Assembly (NCBI GenBank): GCA_902801565.1 | Contig: CADCIX010000006.1 | Coordinates: 10,070-74,069, forward strand | DNA from: an uncultured Veillonellaceae bacterium | GTDB taxonomy: Bacteria > Bacillota > Negativicutes > Selenomonadales > Selenomonadaceae | Direction: 5' to 3' | Length of the DNA: 64,000 bases | Shown: one piece after another, positions 53,275 to 63,715 of the stretch | Layout of the letters: every line of letters begins with the position of its first letter | Numbering within the stretch: position 1 is the stretch's first letter | Made by a program: the position numbers and the translations under genes | Notes under the pieces: model-generated | What the model was told of the DNA's origin: nothing | Seen by the model: only the letters and a program-made list of their open reading frames with translations | Databases searched by the model: none

Positions 53275-53283
53275 CCACCTGCC

Positions 53284-54429
53284 TCATTCCCCCATCTTCG
53301 TCCGCAATACCTCTTCCGCCTTTGCGAGCTGTACATCCTCCGTATCTCCCGGCTGGAAATCGATGCTCACATCCGGCTCGATTCCCACACCGTCGATATT
53401 GCGGCCGCTTGGCGTGTAGTATTTCGCAATGGTCAGTTTCACCGCATCATCGTGGAACATGGGCAGGACTGTCTGCACAGACCCCTTGCCGAAGGATTTC
53501 GAGCCCACAAGGGTTCCCGCGCCCGTATCCTGTACCGCCCCCGCCAGGATTTCCGCGGCGCTTGCGCTGTTCCCGTCGATGAGCACCACAAGGGGATACT
53601 TCAGTTCCTTGAGGCTGGAAGTGTATTCCTCCTTCCCGCCGTCCCGCTCCACCACGGAAACAACAGGACCCTCCGGCACCACCATATTCGCAATTTCCAC
53701 GCTGCTGGTGACAAGCCCCCCTGGATTCTCCCTGAGATCGATGACGAGGCCCTTCATTCCCTCATTCTCCAATGCCTCGTAAGCATCCCTGAACTCCTGG
53801 GCGGTATTCTCGCTGAAGGCTGCGATGCGGATATAGCCCATATTGTTCTCCAGCATCCTGCCCTCGGCAGTCTTCACCTGTATGGTATCCCGCTGGATGA
53901 CAAATTCCTTGTCCTCCGTCCCGTTCCTGCGGATGGAAAGTATAACCTCAGTGCCAACTTCCCCCCGTATATGAATGGCAACCTCTTCGGGCTGTATCTC
54001 CGTCACAGGAACCCCGTCCACTGCAAGGATCTCATCATTCGCCTGGATGCCGGCCCGCGCAGCCGGCGAATCATCCATGACAGAAATCACGGAAACCTTG
54101 TTATCCTTGAACCCCATGTAGATACCAATTCCGCCAAAAGATCCTATCGTTTGCTCCATGAGCTGGTGATAGGTTTTCGGGTCAAGATAGATGGAATGGG
54201 GATCTCCAAGGGACTGTATCATGCCGGAAATCGCCCCGTCCATGAGTTTCGTGCTGTCTACATCTGTGACGTAATGGGACTCGATCAGCCGATAGACTCC
54301 CGCAAAGCGTAAGACATCCCCCATCTTCTGCCCCGTCATGTCCAAGGCATAGCAAAGCCCCCCCAAGGTCAACAGGACAGAAGCAATCGACGTTGCGACC
54401 ATCAATGCCGCAATTTTTATTTTGTTCAT
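53284..54429 (-). CDS. S41-family C-terminal processing peptidase (CtpA/CtpB type, PDZ domain)
   Basis: Membrane anchor, PDZ domain (GIQANDEILAVDG), GLVIDLRENPGG, and SASAAEI..K catalytic Ser/Lys region. Confidence 0.9.
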   Translation of the reverse strand: MNKIKIAALMVATSIASVLLTLGGLCYALDMTGQKMGDVLRFAGVYRLIESHYVTDVDSTKLMDGAISGMIQSLGDPHSIYLDPKTYHQLMEQTIGSFGGIGIYMGFKDNKVSVISVMDDSPAARAGIQANDEILAVDGVPVTEIQPEEVAIHIRGEVGTEVILSIRRNGTEDKEFVIQRDTIQVKTAEGRMLENNMGYIRIAAFSENTAQEFRDAYEALENEGMKGLVIDLRENPGGLVTSSVEIANMVVPEGPVVSVVERDGGKEEYTSSLKELKYPLVVLIDGNSASAAEILAGAVQDTGAGTLVGSKSFGKGSVQTVLPMFHDDAVKLTIAKYYTPSGRNIDGVGIEPDVSIDFQPGDTEDVQLAKAEEVLRTKMGE

Positions 54430-54461
54430 ACAGAACCCCAATCTGTGCGTACGAAAGAAAA

Positions 54462-55616
54462 TTACAAATACCCATAGGGACTCACAACGGAGCCGTTCTC
54501 ACGAACCTCAAAGTGGCAATGGGGGCCCGTGGAGTTCCCGGTGGAACCACAATAGGCAATGACCTGCCCCTGGGAAACCGTCTGGCCCTCGCTCACGGCA
54601 AAACTCTGGTTGTGCCCGTAAAGGGTCGATATGCCACCGCCATGATCGATGATAACGGTATTGCCATATCCCGAAATCCAGCAGGCATCCGTCACCACGC
54701 CACTGGCCGCAGCAACCACCGGTTCACCGTAATCTCCGCCAATATCAATTCCGCTGTGGAATTTCTCCGTACCGGTAATGGGATGGACGCGCCAGCCGAA
54801 TTCCGAGGTAATCGGCCCGGAAATCGGCCAGATCATGCCACCGCCCCCGCCGCCGGTATACGTGGCATAGGAGCCGGATACCTGGGATCTGCGCGCCTGA
54901 ATCATTTCCGCAACCTTCTTCGAGGCCGCCATGAATTCGTCATATTCGAGATCGATGGTGGCCTTGTCGCTCTTCATCTTGTCCAGGAGCGCCTGGCGCT
55001 TCTGCTGCTTCTCCACCATGACATCCTTTGCCTTGCTGGCAGAGCGCACCTTCGGCTCCAGCGCTGCCCGATCCTTCTCCAGGCTGGCTGTGGTCGTCTC
55101 AATCTCTTCGCGCTCCGCCATCACCACCTGAACCAGCTCATAATCCTGCTTGATGACGCGCTTCAGGAGATCCATGCGTGTCATGAGATCCTGAAAGTCC
55201 TTCGCGCCAAAGATGACATCGAGATAACTGATCTGCCCATTGATATAGATATCCCGCACGCGTTTCCCAAGAAGACCGGTCTTCTTCCCATAATCCTCCT
55301 GGACTTCCTCCAGCCGTGCCTCATTGGCGGCAATGCGCTCCTTGATGTCATCCATCTCTGCCTTGAGCACCCGATAGTTCTGGATGGCCTCCTCCGCTTC
55401 CAGGTCAAGGACACGCTTCTCCTCCGAAAGTTCATTGATCTTGATCTGGATCTTGTTGCTTTCCTCCAGTTTTTCCTGAGCCTGCTGCTCGTAGCTTGCC
55501 TGTTCATCCTCCAGCTCATCGGCATAGAGCACGGAAGGGGAGGACAAGGCCAGCATACAGGCCATTGCAGCTGCCCCAAAAGCCTTTTTCTTCAATAAAA
55601 CCAACCCCTGCCTCAT
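54462..55616 (-). CDS. M23-family peptidoglycan metalloendopeptidase with N-terminal coiled coil (EnvC-like)
   Basis: Signal peptide and long coiled coil, then C-terminal HSGIDIGG...GHN...GSTGNSTGPHCHFEV (M23 HxxxD / HxH). Confidence 0.9.
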   Translation of the reverse strand: MRQGLVLLKKKAFGAAAMACMLALSSPSVLYADELEDEQASYEQQAQEKLEESNKIQIKINELSEEKRVLDLEAEEAIQNYRVLKAEMDDIKERIAANEARLEEVQEDYGKKTGLLGKRVRDIYINGQISYLDVIFGAKDFQDLMTRMDLLKRVIKQDYELVQVVMAEREEIETTTASLEKDRAALEPKVRSASKAKDVMVEKQQKRQALLDKMKSDKATIDLEYDEFMAASKKVAEMIQARRSQVSGSYATYTGGGGGGMIWPISGPITSEFGWRVHPITGTEKFHSGIDIGGDYGEPVVAAASGVVTDACWISGYGNTVIIDHGGGISTLYGHNQSFAVSEGQTVSQGQVIAYCGSTGNSTGPHCHFEVRENGSVVSPYGYL

Positions 55617-56500
55617 ACTTTCAGGAACCGTTTCAAGGAAATCGTACTGCCAATCGTGCCGATAACCATGCCACTCACGATGATGGCAACACTCACATAA
55701 TTCATGAAGGGATACTGTGGCATGAGCGGAAAGAAGGCCAGTGTGCTATAAATCTTCGCCGCCATGGCCGCATAGAAGCTCCGCAGTGCCAAAGCTGCGA
55801 TGATACCGCCGATGAATCCCAGAACCATGCCCTCCAGAAGGAAGGGCCAGCGAATGAACCAGTCCGTTGCCCCCACGTACTTCATGATGGCAATTTCCTT
55901 GCGCCGTGCAAACACCGTCAAACGAATCGTATTGGAAATGATGAAAAGCGTCGCTCCTGCCAGAAGCACCATGAGCGCCAGGCCGAAAATCCTCATGAGC
56001 CGCGTGATGTCAAAGAGATGTTCCACCACATCCTGCCCGTATTTCGCTTCCTCCACACCATCCATCTTCACAATGGCATTTGCCGCTGTCTCCACCATCT
56101 CCGGCATCTTTACCGTCACCTCAAGGGAATCGGGAAGGGGATTCTTTTCCTCCAGTGCATCCAGCAGGTATTTCTGGTCGCCCAGCCGTTCCTTCAGACG
56201 CTCCATGGCTTCGTCCTTGCTCACATACTTCACGGATTCGATGCCCTGCATCTCAAGGATGTCCTCCTCCACCTTGTCGCGGACGGAATCCTTGATATCA
56301 TCCTGAAAGTAGACGCTGATCTGCACCTGGGACTCCAGAGTGGATGCCAGCCGGTTCATGTTCAGCACGAGAAGCATGAATACCCCGAGAACGAACAGGG
56401 ACACCGCCACCGTGCCAACGGAGGCAAAAGACATCCAATTGTTGCGCCGCAGGGAAATCAAAACCTCGCGGATGAAATATTCACTTGTCCTAAGCTTCAT
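55613..56500 (-). CDS. ftsX: Cell-division permease-like protein FtsX
   Basis: Four-TM FtsX topology with a large first extracytoplasmic loop. Overlaps the ftsE stop. Confidence 0.88.
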   Translation of the reverse strand: MKLRTSEYFIREVLISLRRNNWMSFASVGTVAVSLFVLGVFMLLVLNMNRLASTLESQVQISVYFQDDIKDSVRDKVEEDILEMQGIESVKYVSKDEAMERLKERLGDQKYLLDALEEKNPLPDSLEVTVKMPEMVETAANAIVKMDGVEEAKYGQDVVEHLFDITRLMRIFGLALMVLLAGATLFIISNTIRLTVFARRKEIAIMKYVGATDWFIRWPFLLEGMVLGFIGGIIAALALRSFYAAMAAKIYSTLAFFPLMPQYPFMNYVSVAIIVSGMVIGTIGSTISLKRFLKV

Positions 56501-57179
56501 ATCCGTACACTCCCCTTGCCTCATCCCTGACGATGTGGCCGTCCTCAATGGCTATGACGCGCTTCCGCAGCGTGTCCACGATGGTCTTGTCATGGGTTGC
56601 CATGACAATCGTCGTCCCCGACTTGTTGATGCGCAAAAAAATGTCCATGATATCCCAGGAAGTCTCCGGATCAAGATTCCCCGTGGGCTCATCGGCAATG
56701 ACAATGGCCGGATCGTTCACAATGGCACGGGCAATGGCCACGCGCTGCTGCTCGCCGCCCGAAAGCTGTGACGGGAACGCCTTGTACTTCTCCCGAAGCC
56801 CCACCACATCCAGCACGGAATTCACGCTGCGCTGGATAAGCCTTCTGGGGGCCTCGATGACCTGCATGGCAAAGGCCACATTCTCATAGACTGTCTTATC
56901 GGGAAGCAACCGGTAGTCCTGGAAGATCACCCCAAGGCCACGCCGCAGATAAGGAACCTCGCTTTCTGCCATCTTCGTCACATCCCTGCCGTTCACCTCC
57001 AGGACCCCGGAAGAAGGCAGGACCTCACGGAACAGCATACGGATGAAGGTGGACTTTCCCGCCCCGCTGGCACCGACAATAAAGACAAATTCTCCCTTGC
57101 CGATGTCCACGCTCACATGATCCAGTGCCATGGCACCGTTATCTTCATATATTTTGGAAACATCCTTCATATGGATCAT
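56490..57179 (-). CDS. ftsE: Cell-division ATP-binding protein FtsE
   Basis: GASGAGKST (Walker A), LSGGEQQR (signature) and [11 protein letters not shown] (Walker B). 229 aa. Confidence 0.93.
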   Translation of the reverse strand: MIHMKDVSKIYEDNGAMALDHVSVDIGKGEFVFIVGASGAGKSTFIRMLFREVLPSSGVLEVNGRDVTKMAESEVPYLRRGLGVIFQDYRLLPDKTVYENVAFAMQVIEAPRRLIQRSVNSVLDVVGLREKYKAFPSQLSGGEQQRVAIARAIVNDPAIVIADEPTGNLDPETSWDIMDIFLRINKSGTTIVMATHDKTIVDTLRKRVIAIEDGHIVRDEARGVYGYEA

Positions 57180-57252
57180 AGGATGAAACTCCTTCCTGTC
57201 TCACAAGAACACAAATATTGTTTTATTTTACCACACATCCATGAAAATAAGC

Positions 57253-57284
57253 AAAAAAATTGGAGTGCATTCCACAGCACTCCA
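57253..57284 (-). terminator. Terminator downstream of csaB
   Basis: Minus strand reads GGAGTGC-tgtggaa-TGCACTCC AATTTTTTTG. Confidence 0.65.
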
Positions 57285-57300
57285 AACAAAACCTATTCCA

Positions 57301-58395
57301 TCATGCCTTTTTCATCGTATCCAAGGCCAATCTTGCATTGCGGATTGCCTTCTCCCGCAGCTCGGCCAGAAGCGCGGCATTCTGTTCACGGAATGCCGCC
57401 TTGTCATTCCACTTGCGGCGAACCTCTGCCATGAGCTGCTCCACCGTAACATCTTCCAAATGCCCCACAATGGCATCCCCGATGGAATCCATGAATCTCT
57501 CGATCTTCGGATCATAGGAAACGCCAATCATGGGCACTCCCATGACCCCTGCAAAGATCAGGGCATGCAATCGGATGCTGATCATGAGGTCCATGCACCC
57601 CACCAGGGACAAAAGCTCTCCCGTCGCATACTCATCCCCAAGTACCGTACATTCCTCCCGGGCCATGGCCGCAATGGATTCCGCTGCCCTCATATCCTCC
57701 GGATGCTGCATGGGGAGGAATACCACCCGTGCACCGAATTCCCGCACAATGGCATCCGCAGTCCCCGCAAGGGCTTCCTTGTAATGCTGCCAGCCCTTCC
57801 ATTCCCGGACGGAAATCCCTACCATCGGCCTGCCATCGTCAACATGATAACGTTTCAGGATATTCTTTCCAATCGATCGATCCACAGGATTGATTGCCAG
57901 CACGGGATCTGCCGTGCATTCGATATGAGGAGAATGAATATGGAGGCTTTCCAATTCCTCCAAAGATCCATGATCCCGCACCGTGATGACGTTCACATGA
58001 TTGCCCAGCCAGCTCATCACGCGACGGGCAATACCTCCATAGATCGGCCCGATTCCCTGGGCATAGAGCATCACCGGCGTTCCCAAAAGATGCGCCAGAA
58101 AGATGATGCCCATATAGTAATAGAGGCTGCGCCCGCTGGTGACGTTCTGCAAAAGACTTCCGCCGCCGCTGATGAGGAGATCCGCCCTTCTCAAGGCACG
58201 AAAGATTCCGGGCAGCCCCAGCCATGAAATGGCCTCCACTCCATGGCGCTTTTTCGTGTCCTCCGGATTCGCCGAGATGACCGTGATATTCAGTTTTGGG
58301 TCAAGGTCGGATAACACCTCGATCATGGCGGCAAGCATCGCCTCGTCGCCGCCATTTTTCGAGCCGTAATACCCGGAAACCACAATATTGTGCAT
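57301..58395 (-). CDS. csaB: Polysaccharide pyruvyl transferase CsaB
   Basis: IVVSGYYGSKNGGDEAML...SGGGSLLQNVTS...RLHALIFA, the CsaB pattern. Confidence 0.85.
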   Translation of the reverse strand: MHNIVVSGYYGSKNGGDEAMLAAMIEVLSDLDPKLNITVISANPEDTKKRHGVEAISWLGLPGIFRALRRADLLISGGGSLLQNVTSGRSLYYYMGIIFLAHLLGTPVMLYAQGIGPIYGGIARRVMSWLGNHVNVITVRDHGSLEELESLHIHSPHIECTADPVLAINPVDRSIGKNILKRYHVDDGRPMVGISVREWKGWQHYKEALAGTADAIVREFGARVVFLPMQHPEDMRAAESIAAMAREECTVLGDEYATGELLSLVGCMDLMISIRLHALIFAGVMGVPMIGVSYDPKIERFMDSIGDAIVGHLEDVTVEQLMAEVRRKWNDKAAFREQNAALLAELREKAIRNARLALDTMKKA

Positions 58396-58398
58396 GAA

Positions 58399-60459
58399 TC
58401 AGATTCCTACCCCTTTTTCTCTTGCCTTAGCCAGAAGCGTCTGCCAGAACTGGACAAGCACCATGGCCGCAGCGCCGACTCCGGCTCCCAGCACAATGCC
58501 GCCGATTCCCCGCATGAAGGACATGTAGACCGGCGTGCGCATATGGGCAAAGGTCTCCACCATGGAACCCTGCCCGATGGTGGCAACGATGACCAGCAGG
58601 AAAAATACCATTGTGGGCCACTTGCGCTGCCATGCCATGGCTGCCAGCATAAAGGCAGGATGGCCGATCAGAAGCTCCTTCGAACGGGGACGGGCATAGA
58701 ATGCCTGCTCCAGGAAGGCGCGGAAGCGCAGTTCCGTGCTGGAAACCGGCATCCCCAGGGTATGTCCGCTGCGGGCGATAAAGACTATGCATGCCAGCAA
58801 CACGACGCCAATGCCCATAAGTGTCTTGATTTTCACAGGCATATCGAAGATCTGCCTGAGCTGGTCCATCATCCCCTTGCTGTCATCGAACTTCCCATCA
58901 AAGATATCGAAACGCTGCAGGAAGGCCAGGGCCACAAGGACAAGGGGCAGGATAAAGGTCAGCTTGATGCCCCGATAGATATTGAACTCCAGGAAATACT
59001 CCGTATCCGACAAGGAACCGGAAAGATAGGCCGCACCAACATAGGACAGGGCCCCCGTCACGAAAAGAGCAAGGGCAGCCGTCACCACAAGTTTCGGCAG
59101 GGAAACCCTCACCTCATTGCGGAAGGAGCGCAGACGATCCAGCTGCCAGATAATGGCCAATGCAGGGAACAGGTTCGCACTGGCAAAAGCCGCAAGAATG
59201 CGGATCTTGCTGCCATTTCCCATGAGTACCGGGATTACCGCAACCGCTGCAAAGATCACAAGCAGGAGATACTGATACCTCGCACTTGCATTGAGCCGCG
59301 GAAAGATCAGGGACAAGTAGAGCACCCCTGCCGCGGCAACGCCCAGCATCACCAGGGCACGCAAGGTTTTGCTGGGATAATATGTCTCAAAGGTACTGGC
59401 CGGCCCCAAGGTAAAACCTTTTTCCCTCAGTATATTCGCCGTATCTTTGAAATACTTCATATTCGTCTCCAGAAGGCTCATATCCGGGGACGGGCTCTTA
59501 TAAATGTGCAACAGGTCGATGCGGATGTTGCGCTCCTGGTCCGTATTGGCCCATCGCTCCACCGCCGTATCGATCTTGAGCTTCGCCATCTCATCCTTCG
59601 GAACGCTGTAAAGCCTCGCCACATGGTCGTAACCAATGCCCTTGACAATCTCCTCCATGCCCTCCTGCCGATAGAACTGGAGCTGGGAAACATCCTCAAT
59701 CAGACCCAGCGTCATATTCCGCGCCTTGAATTCATCAATGGTGGCCTGCAGGGATTTCGTCGCCCCCAGGGACTGGTTGCCGGCAAAAACCACCTCAGAC
59801 ACCTTGATTCCTTCCAGCCGCTTGAATACCGCCTGCACATCCTCCTTGGTGCAGCCCTCATAGTTGCTGGGACGTGCCAGCACATAGAAACCGGCCTCGT
59901 TCACGGCCTTCATCTCATCCGTGGGAAGGCCGATATTCATTTTCAGGAAGGACTCGTAATGCGCCTTGACGGCGAGGACTTCCTTCCCCCCCACCTGCCA
60001 CGAGGTCACCCGGTCTTTTCCGAGACGGCGGATGAGATCCTCCTTTGTCTCCCGGAACACCTGCGGATCCTCGCCCGTCACATAGACCTCATTGCCCTTG
60101 ACCTTCCCCGCCGCGACAAAATCGCGCCATGCCGGATCTGTCAGGGAACCATTCCGGTAATTGGCAAGGATATCACTTCCGGCCACTGCCGTTGCCTTCC
60201 CGTTCTCATTGAACTTCTTGAAGGACGTCTCATAAACCGCCAAAGAGGTAAATCCCGCCTCCCTGGCTTTCGCCAGCATTTCCTGGGCAGGAATCCCCTC
60301 ACGATCCGCCAGTTCCAGCAATGCCTCATAATCAATGGCAAGGTCTACCTGATTGTTCTGCACCTCTACCTCATGGCGCTGCCAGCAAATGACCAGCGAC
60401 GCTGCCAGCCCAAGGACAATGCATGCAATGAGCCAGCGATTGTATTGAAACAATTTCAT
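58399..60459 (-). CDS. DUF5693-family polytopic membrane protein
   Basis: N-terminal anchor plus an extracytoplasmic domain, then about 10 TM segments. Adjacent to csaB, the usual context for this family. Confidence 0.65.
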   Translation of the reverse strand: MKLFQYNRWLIACIVLGLAASLVICWQRHEVEVQNNQVDLAIDYEALLELADREGIPAQEMLAKAREAGFTSLAVYETSFKKFNENGKATAVAGSDILANYRNGSLTDPAWRDFVAAGKVKGNEVYVTGEDPQVFRETKEDLIRRLGKDRVTSWQVGGKEVLAVKAHYESFLKMNIGLPTDEMKAVNEAGFYVLARPSNYEGCTKEDVQAVFKRLEGIKVSEVVFAGNQSLGATKSLQATIDEFKARNMTLGLIEDVSQLQFYRQEGMEEIVKGIGYDHVARLYSVPKDEMAKLKIDTAVERWANTDQERNIRIDLLHIYKSPSPDMSLLETNMKYFKDTANILREKGFTLGPASTFETYYPSKTLRALVMLGVAAAGVLYLSLIFPRLNASARYQYLLLVIFAAVAVIPVLMGNGSKIRILAAFASANLFPALAIIWQLDRLRSFRNEVRVSLPKLVVTAALALFVTGALSYVGAAYLSGSLSDTEYFLEFNIYRGIKLTFILPLVLVALAFLQRFDIFDGKFDDSKGMMDQLRQIFDMPVKIKTLMGIGVVLLACIVFIARSGHTLGMPVSSTELRFRAFLEQAFYARPRSKELLIGHPAFMLAAMAWQRKWPTMVFFLLVIVATIGQGSMVETFAHMRTPVYMSFMRGIGGIVLGAGVGAAAMVLVQFWQTLLAKAREKGVGI

Positions 60460-60472
60460 CTACTCCGCCTCG

Positions 60473-61210
60473 TTATAAATCTTTGTTTTCCGCCTTCTCC
60501 GATGAGGACTGCCGACCTCCGGCCCACAGGATGACCTTGCCATCCTGCATCTCCACTCGCTCGAACTTCGCCCCCAGGGGAAGTTTGTCCGGCTTCACGA
60601 TCTGGATATCGCCAAAAAGGTTGTCCAGACTGAGCTTGCCGGGAAAGGCATTCTTCACATTGAGCTTCGTCATGCGAAAATACAAGGAACCGCTGTCCTC
60701 CAGCACCACCCCTGTCATCTCGATGTCCACCATGCGCCCAAACACCTTGGCATTTGCCGTCACCAGGACATCCTGCGGCGTGATCTTCACCTGGACATTC
60801 TCCAGCTTGTCCACCTGACGGCTGATGAGCTCTTTGAGATTCAGCTCCGTGACAATGCCCTTGAGTTCCAGTTTGTCTGCCGACTGGAGCCGAAGGGTCC
60901 CATCCTCCAGCAGGGCCGGCATGTCGATCCGCACGCCTTCACCTTCCGCTGACAGTTCCTCAACGTAAATCTCCCCCAGCTTTGCCGAATGTGCAATCAC
61001 GCGAAGCGTATCCGCACGCCCCAGGCTGATCAAAAGATTGGGGGAGGAAGACATGGACACCATCACATCATGGGTCGCCAAACGCTCCGAAAGACGCGTC
61101 TTCAAGGTGGAAGACACCAGCGTCGGCAGGATAAACTCGCCAAACATGATTAATATTATGAAGACGATGAATAAAATAGTCAAGCCTTTTCGCAAAATAT
61201 CACGCTCCAT
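60473..61210 (-). CDS. DUF2993 (LmeA-like) membrane-anchored protein
   Basis: MERDILRKGLTILFIVFIILIMF anchor, then a repetitive beta-rich pattern typical of DUF2993. Confidence 0.6.
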   Translation of the reverse strand: MERDILRKGLTILFIVFIILIMFGEFILPTLVSSTLKTRLSERLATHDVMVSMSSSPNLLISLGRADTLRVIAHSAKLGEIYVEELSAEGEGVRIDMPALLEDGTLRLQSADKLELKGIVTELNLKELISRQVDKLENVQVKITPQDVLVTANAKVFGRMVDIEMTGVVLEDSGSLYFRMTKLNVKNAFPGKLSLDNLFGDIQIVKPDKLPLGAKFERVEMQDGKVILWAGGRQSSSEKAENKDL

Positions 61211-61242
61211 CGGAAAGCCCGTCCTTAAGGACGGGCTTCGAT

Positions 61243-62349
61243 TCAAAGTTCATGGTTCGCCTTGGCCGCCAGATAGGAACGGATGAAGGGATCGAGCTCC
61301 CCATCCATGACCGCCTGCACATTCCCCGTTTCCTCACCTGTCCTGTGGTCCTTGACCATGGTGTAGGGCTGGAACACATAGGAACGTATCTGGCTGCCCC
61401 ATTCGATTTTCTGCTGGTCGCCCTCCAGCTTCGCAATCTCAGCGTCCTTCTTCTCCTGCTCCAGCTCAAAGAGCTTGGCACGGAGCATCTTGAGGCACTG
61501 CTCGCGGTTCTGAAGCTGGGAACGCTCATTCTGGCACTGCACCACAATGCCCGTGGGCTCATGGGTCATGCGGACCGCCGAGGAGGTCTTGTTGATGTGC
61601 TGGCCGCCGGCGCCGCTGGCACGATAGGTATCCACCCGCACATCGGACATGTTGATGTCCACCTCCACAGCATCATCGATCTCCGGCATGATATCACAGG
61701 CCGAGAATGACGTATGGCGGCGGGCATTGGCATCAAAGGGAGAGATGCGCACAAGGCGGTGGACCCCCTTCTCCGATTTCAGGAAACCATAGGCATTATG
61801 CCCTCGGATGAAAAGCGTCACGGACTTGACTCCCGCCTCGTCGCCGGGCAGGAGATCCTGCGTCTCCACCGTGAAGCCATGACGTTCCGCCCAGCGGCCG
61901 TACATGCGAAGAAGCATCTGCGTCCAGTCCTGCGCCTCCGTGCCGCCGGCCCCGGCGTGAAGTTCCAGATAGGCATTGTTGGCATCATATGGCCCGGAAA
62001 GGAGGATCTCCAGCTGCAGTGCTTCCAAGCCTTCCCTGATGGTCTCCATCTCGGAGCATACATCGTCTTCCACCGACTCGTCCTTATCCTCCATGCCCAT
62101 TTCCCAAAGGGTCTGGGCATCCTCATACTTCGTCACCAGTGCCTTATACTTGTCCACACCAATTTTCAGGTCATTGAGCTCCTGATTGATTTTCTGGGCC
62201 TCCTCCGCATCATCCCAGAAAGTGGGCTCTCCCATCTTGTATTCCAGCTCGGCAATCTTCTCTTCCTTGCGCTGGACATCCAGCGAATCCTCCATGATGT
62301 CCAGCTTTTCCTTCAAGGCTGCCAGCTCGGCCTTCCGATCCTCCAGCAT
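61243..62349 (-). CDS. prfB: Peptide chain release factor 2, uninterrupted reading frame
   Basis: SPF tripeptide (RISPFDANARRHTSF) and GGQ (SGAGGQHINKT). 368 aa with no internal stop at the usual frameshift position. Confidence 0.93.
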   Translation of the reverse strand: MLEDRKAELAALKEKLDIMEDSLDVQRKEEKIAELEYKMGEPTFWDDAEEAQKINQELNDLKIGVDKYKALVTKYEDAQTLWEMGMEDKDESVEDDVCSEMETIREGLEALQLEILLSGPYDANNAYLELHAGAGGTEAQDWTQMLLRMYGRWAERHGFTVETQDLLPGDEAGVKSVTLFIRGHNAYGFLKSEKGVHRLVRISPFDANARRHTSFSACDIMPEIDDAVEVDINMSDVRVDTYRASGAGGQHINKTSSAVRMTHEPTGIVVQCQNERSQLQNREQCLKMLRAKLFELEQEKKDAEIAKLEGDQQKIEWGSQIRSYVFQPYTMVKDHRTGEETGNVQAVMDGELDPFIRSYLAAKANHEL

Positions 62350-62404
62350 CTACTCACATCCTCAATCCCACGAACATAAAGATTTATCGACAAATATCCT
62401 CTCT

Positions 62405-62433
62405 ATCTTATACATATTGTCAATTCCTGTCAA
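62405..62433 (-). promoter_or_regulatory. Predicted sigma-70-type promoter of prfB
   Basis: Minus strand reads TTGACA, 17 nt, TAAGAT, located about 55 nt upstream of the ATG. Confidence 0.6.
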
Positions 62434-62503
62434 TAAACTCAATCAAAACAGTGTTTCGCACTATACGAAACCTAGTGTCCCTGCGCATTTCGGGCTTGAC
62501 ACG

Positions 62504-63559
62504 CTAAGATTTCGCAATAAATTCGCGAATTTGCTTCTCCATGACCGGAACGATATCTTCTCCGGCGTTCCGGGCCTTGCTCCATTCCACGGTTTTTCGG
62601 ATTGCCTCGTCGATATGCCAGACCGGCCTCCACCCAAAAGTCCTCTTGAGTCTGGAACAATCCAGCTTCAGAAACTGTGCCTCATGGGCCGATGCAAAAT
62701 CCACGGACTGCCACTTCATGCCCTCTCCCCACGCCTCGCAGAACATAGTGGCAAGCGCGCCTGTGGTCACGCAGTCGCTCTCCTCCGGCCCCACGTTGTA
62801 GCTTCCTGCCAGTTCCCTGTGGCCATATTGCCTTTCCGCAACCAGAAGGTATGCCGCAAGCGGCTCCAAGACATGCTGGTAGGGACGGATTGAGTGCGGA
62901 TTCCGGACCTGTATCACTTCCCCCTTGCAGGCCGCACGAACACAATCCGGGACAATACGATGCTGCGCAAAATCCCCGCCGCCGATGACATTTCCCGCAC
63001 GAACCGTGGAAACCGCCACCTCACGCTCCGCAAAAAAGCTTCTGCGATAGCTGTGGGTCACCAGTTCCGAGCAACTCTTGCTGTTGGAATAGGGATCGAA
63101 GCCGTCCAGAGCATCGTTCTCCCGATATCCCCATTCCCATTCGCGGTTCTCATACACCTTGTCGGTCGTCACGTTCACCACGGACACCACGGAATCCGTC
63201 CGGCGCACACACTCCATGAGATGCACCGTTCCCATGACATTTGTCCCATAGGTTCCCACAGGATCGCGATAGCTTTCCAGCACAATCGGCTGGGCTGCCA
63301 AATGAAACACGAGTTCCGGGCGGAACTCAGCAAAAACTTTCTGCAGATGCGCCAAATCCCGCACATCCCCCATATGGGACTCTGCAACCTCGGATACAGC
63401 CGCCTCAAAGAAGCGCTCCCCCTCTGCGGTCGCCGATTCCAGCGCATACCCGGCCACCCGTGCGCCAAGCATGGCCAGCATCTTGCACAGCCAGGTCCCC
63501 TTGAACCCTGTATGCCCCGTCACAAGAACACGTTTTCCTGTCCAAAATTCAAGATCCAC
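62504..63559 (-). CDS. rfbG: CDP-glucose 4,6-dehydratase
   Basis: KRVLVTGHTGFKGTWL (extended SDR), YSNSK (YxxxK), and an overall RfbG-like pattern. GTG start at 63559. Confidence 0.85.
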   Translation of the reverse strand: MDLEFWTGKRVLVTGHTGFKGTWLCKMLAMLGARVAGYALESATAEGERFFEAAVSEVAESHMGDVRDLAHLQKVFAEFRPELVFHLAAQPIVLESYRDPVGTYGTNVMGTVHLMECVRRTDSVVSVVNVTTDKVYENREWEWGYRENDALDGFDPYSNSKSCSELVTHSYRRSFFAEREVAVSTVRAGNVIGGGDFAQHRIVPDCVRAACKGEVIQVRNPHSIRPYQHVLEPLAAYLLVAERQYGHRELAGSYNVGPEESDCVTTGALATMFCEAWGEGMKWQSVDFASAHEAQFLKLDCSRLKRTFGWRPVWHIDEAIRKTVEWSKARNAGEDIVPVMEKQIREFIAKS

Positions 63560-63715
63560 TTCGAGACCACCCCATCTATAAAGTCACCAACATCATTTCT
63601 TTCCATGCACCGACAAAAAGCATATATCTGCTCCGGCTGTGCATAACCTTTCTGCATCTTTTTATAGTCTAAGCATTCCTTTTGCTGTATAATTACTCCA
63701 AAGGAGGCTTTATCT

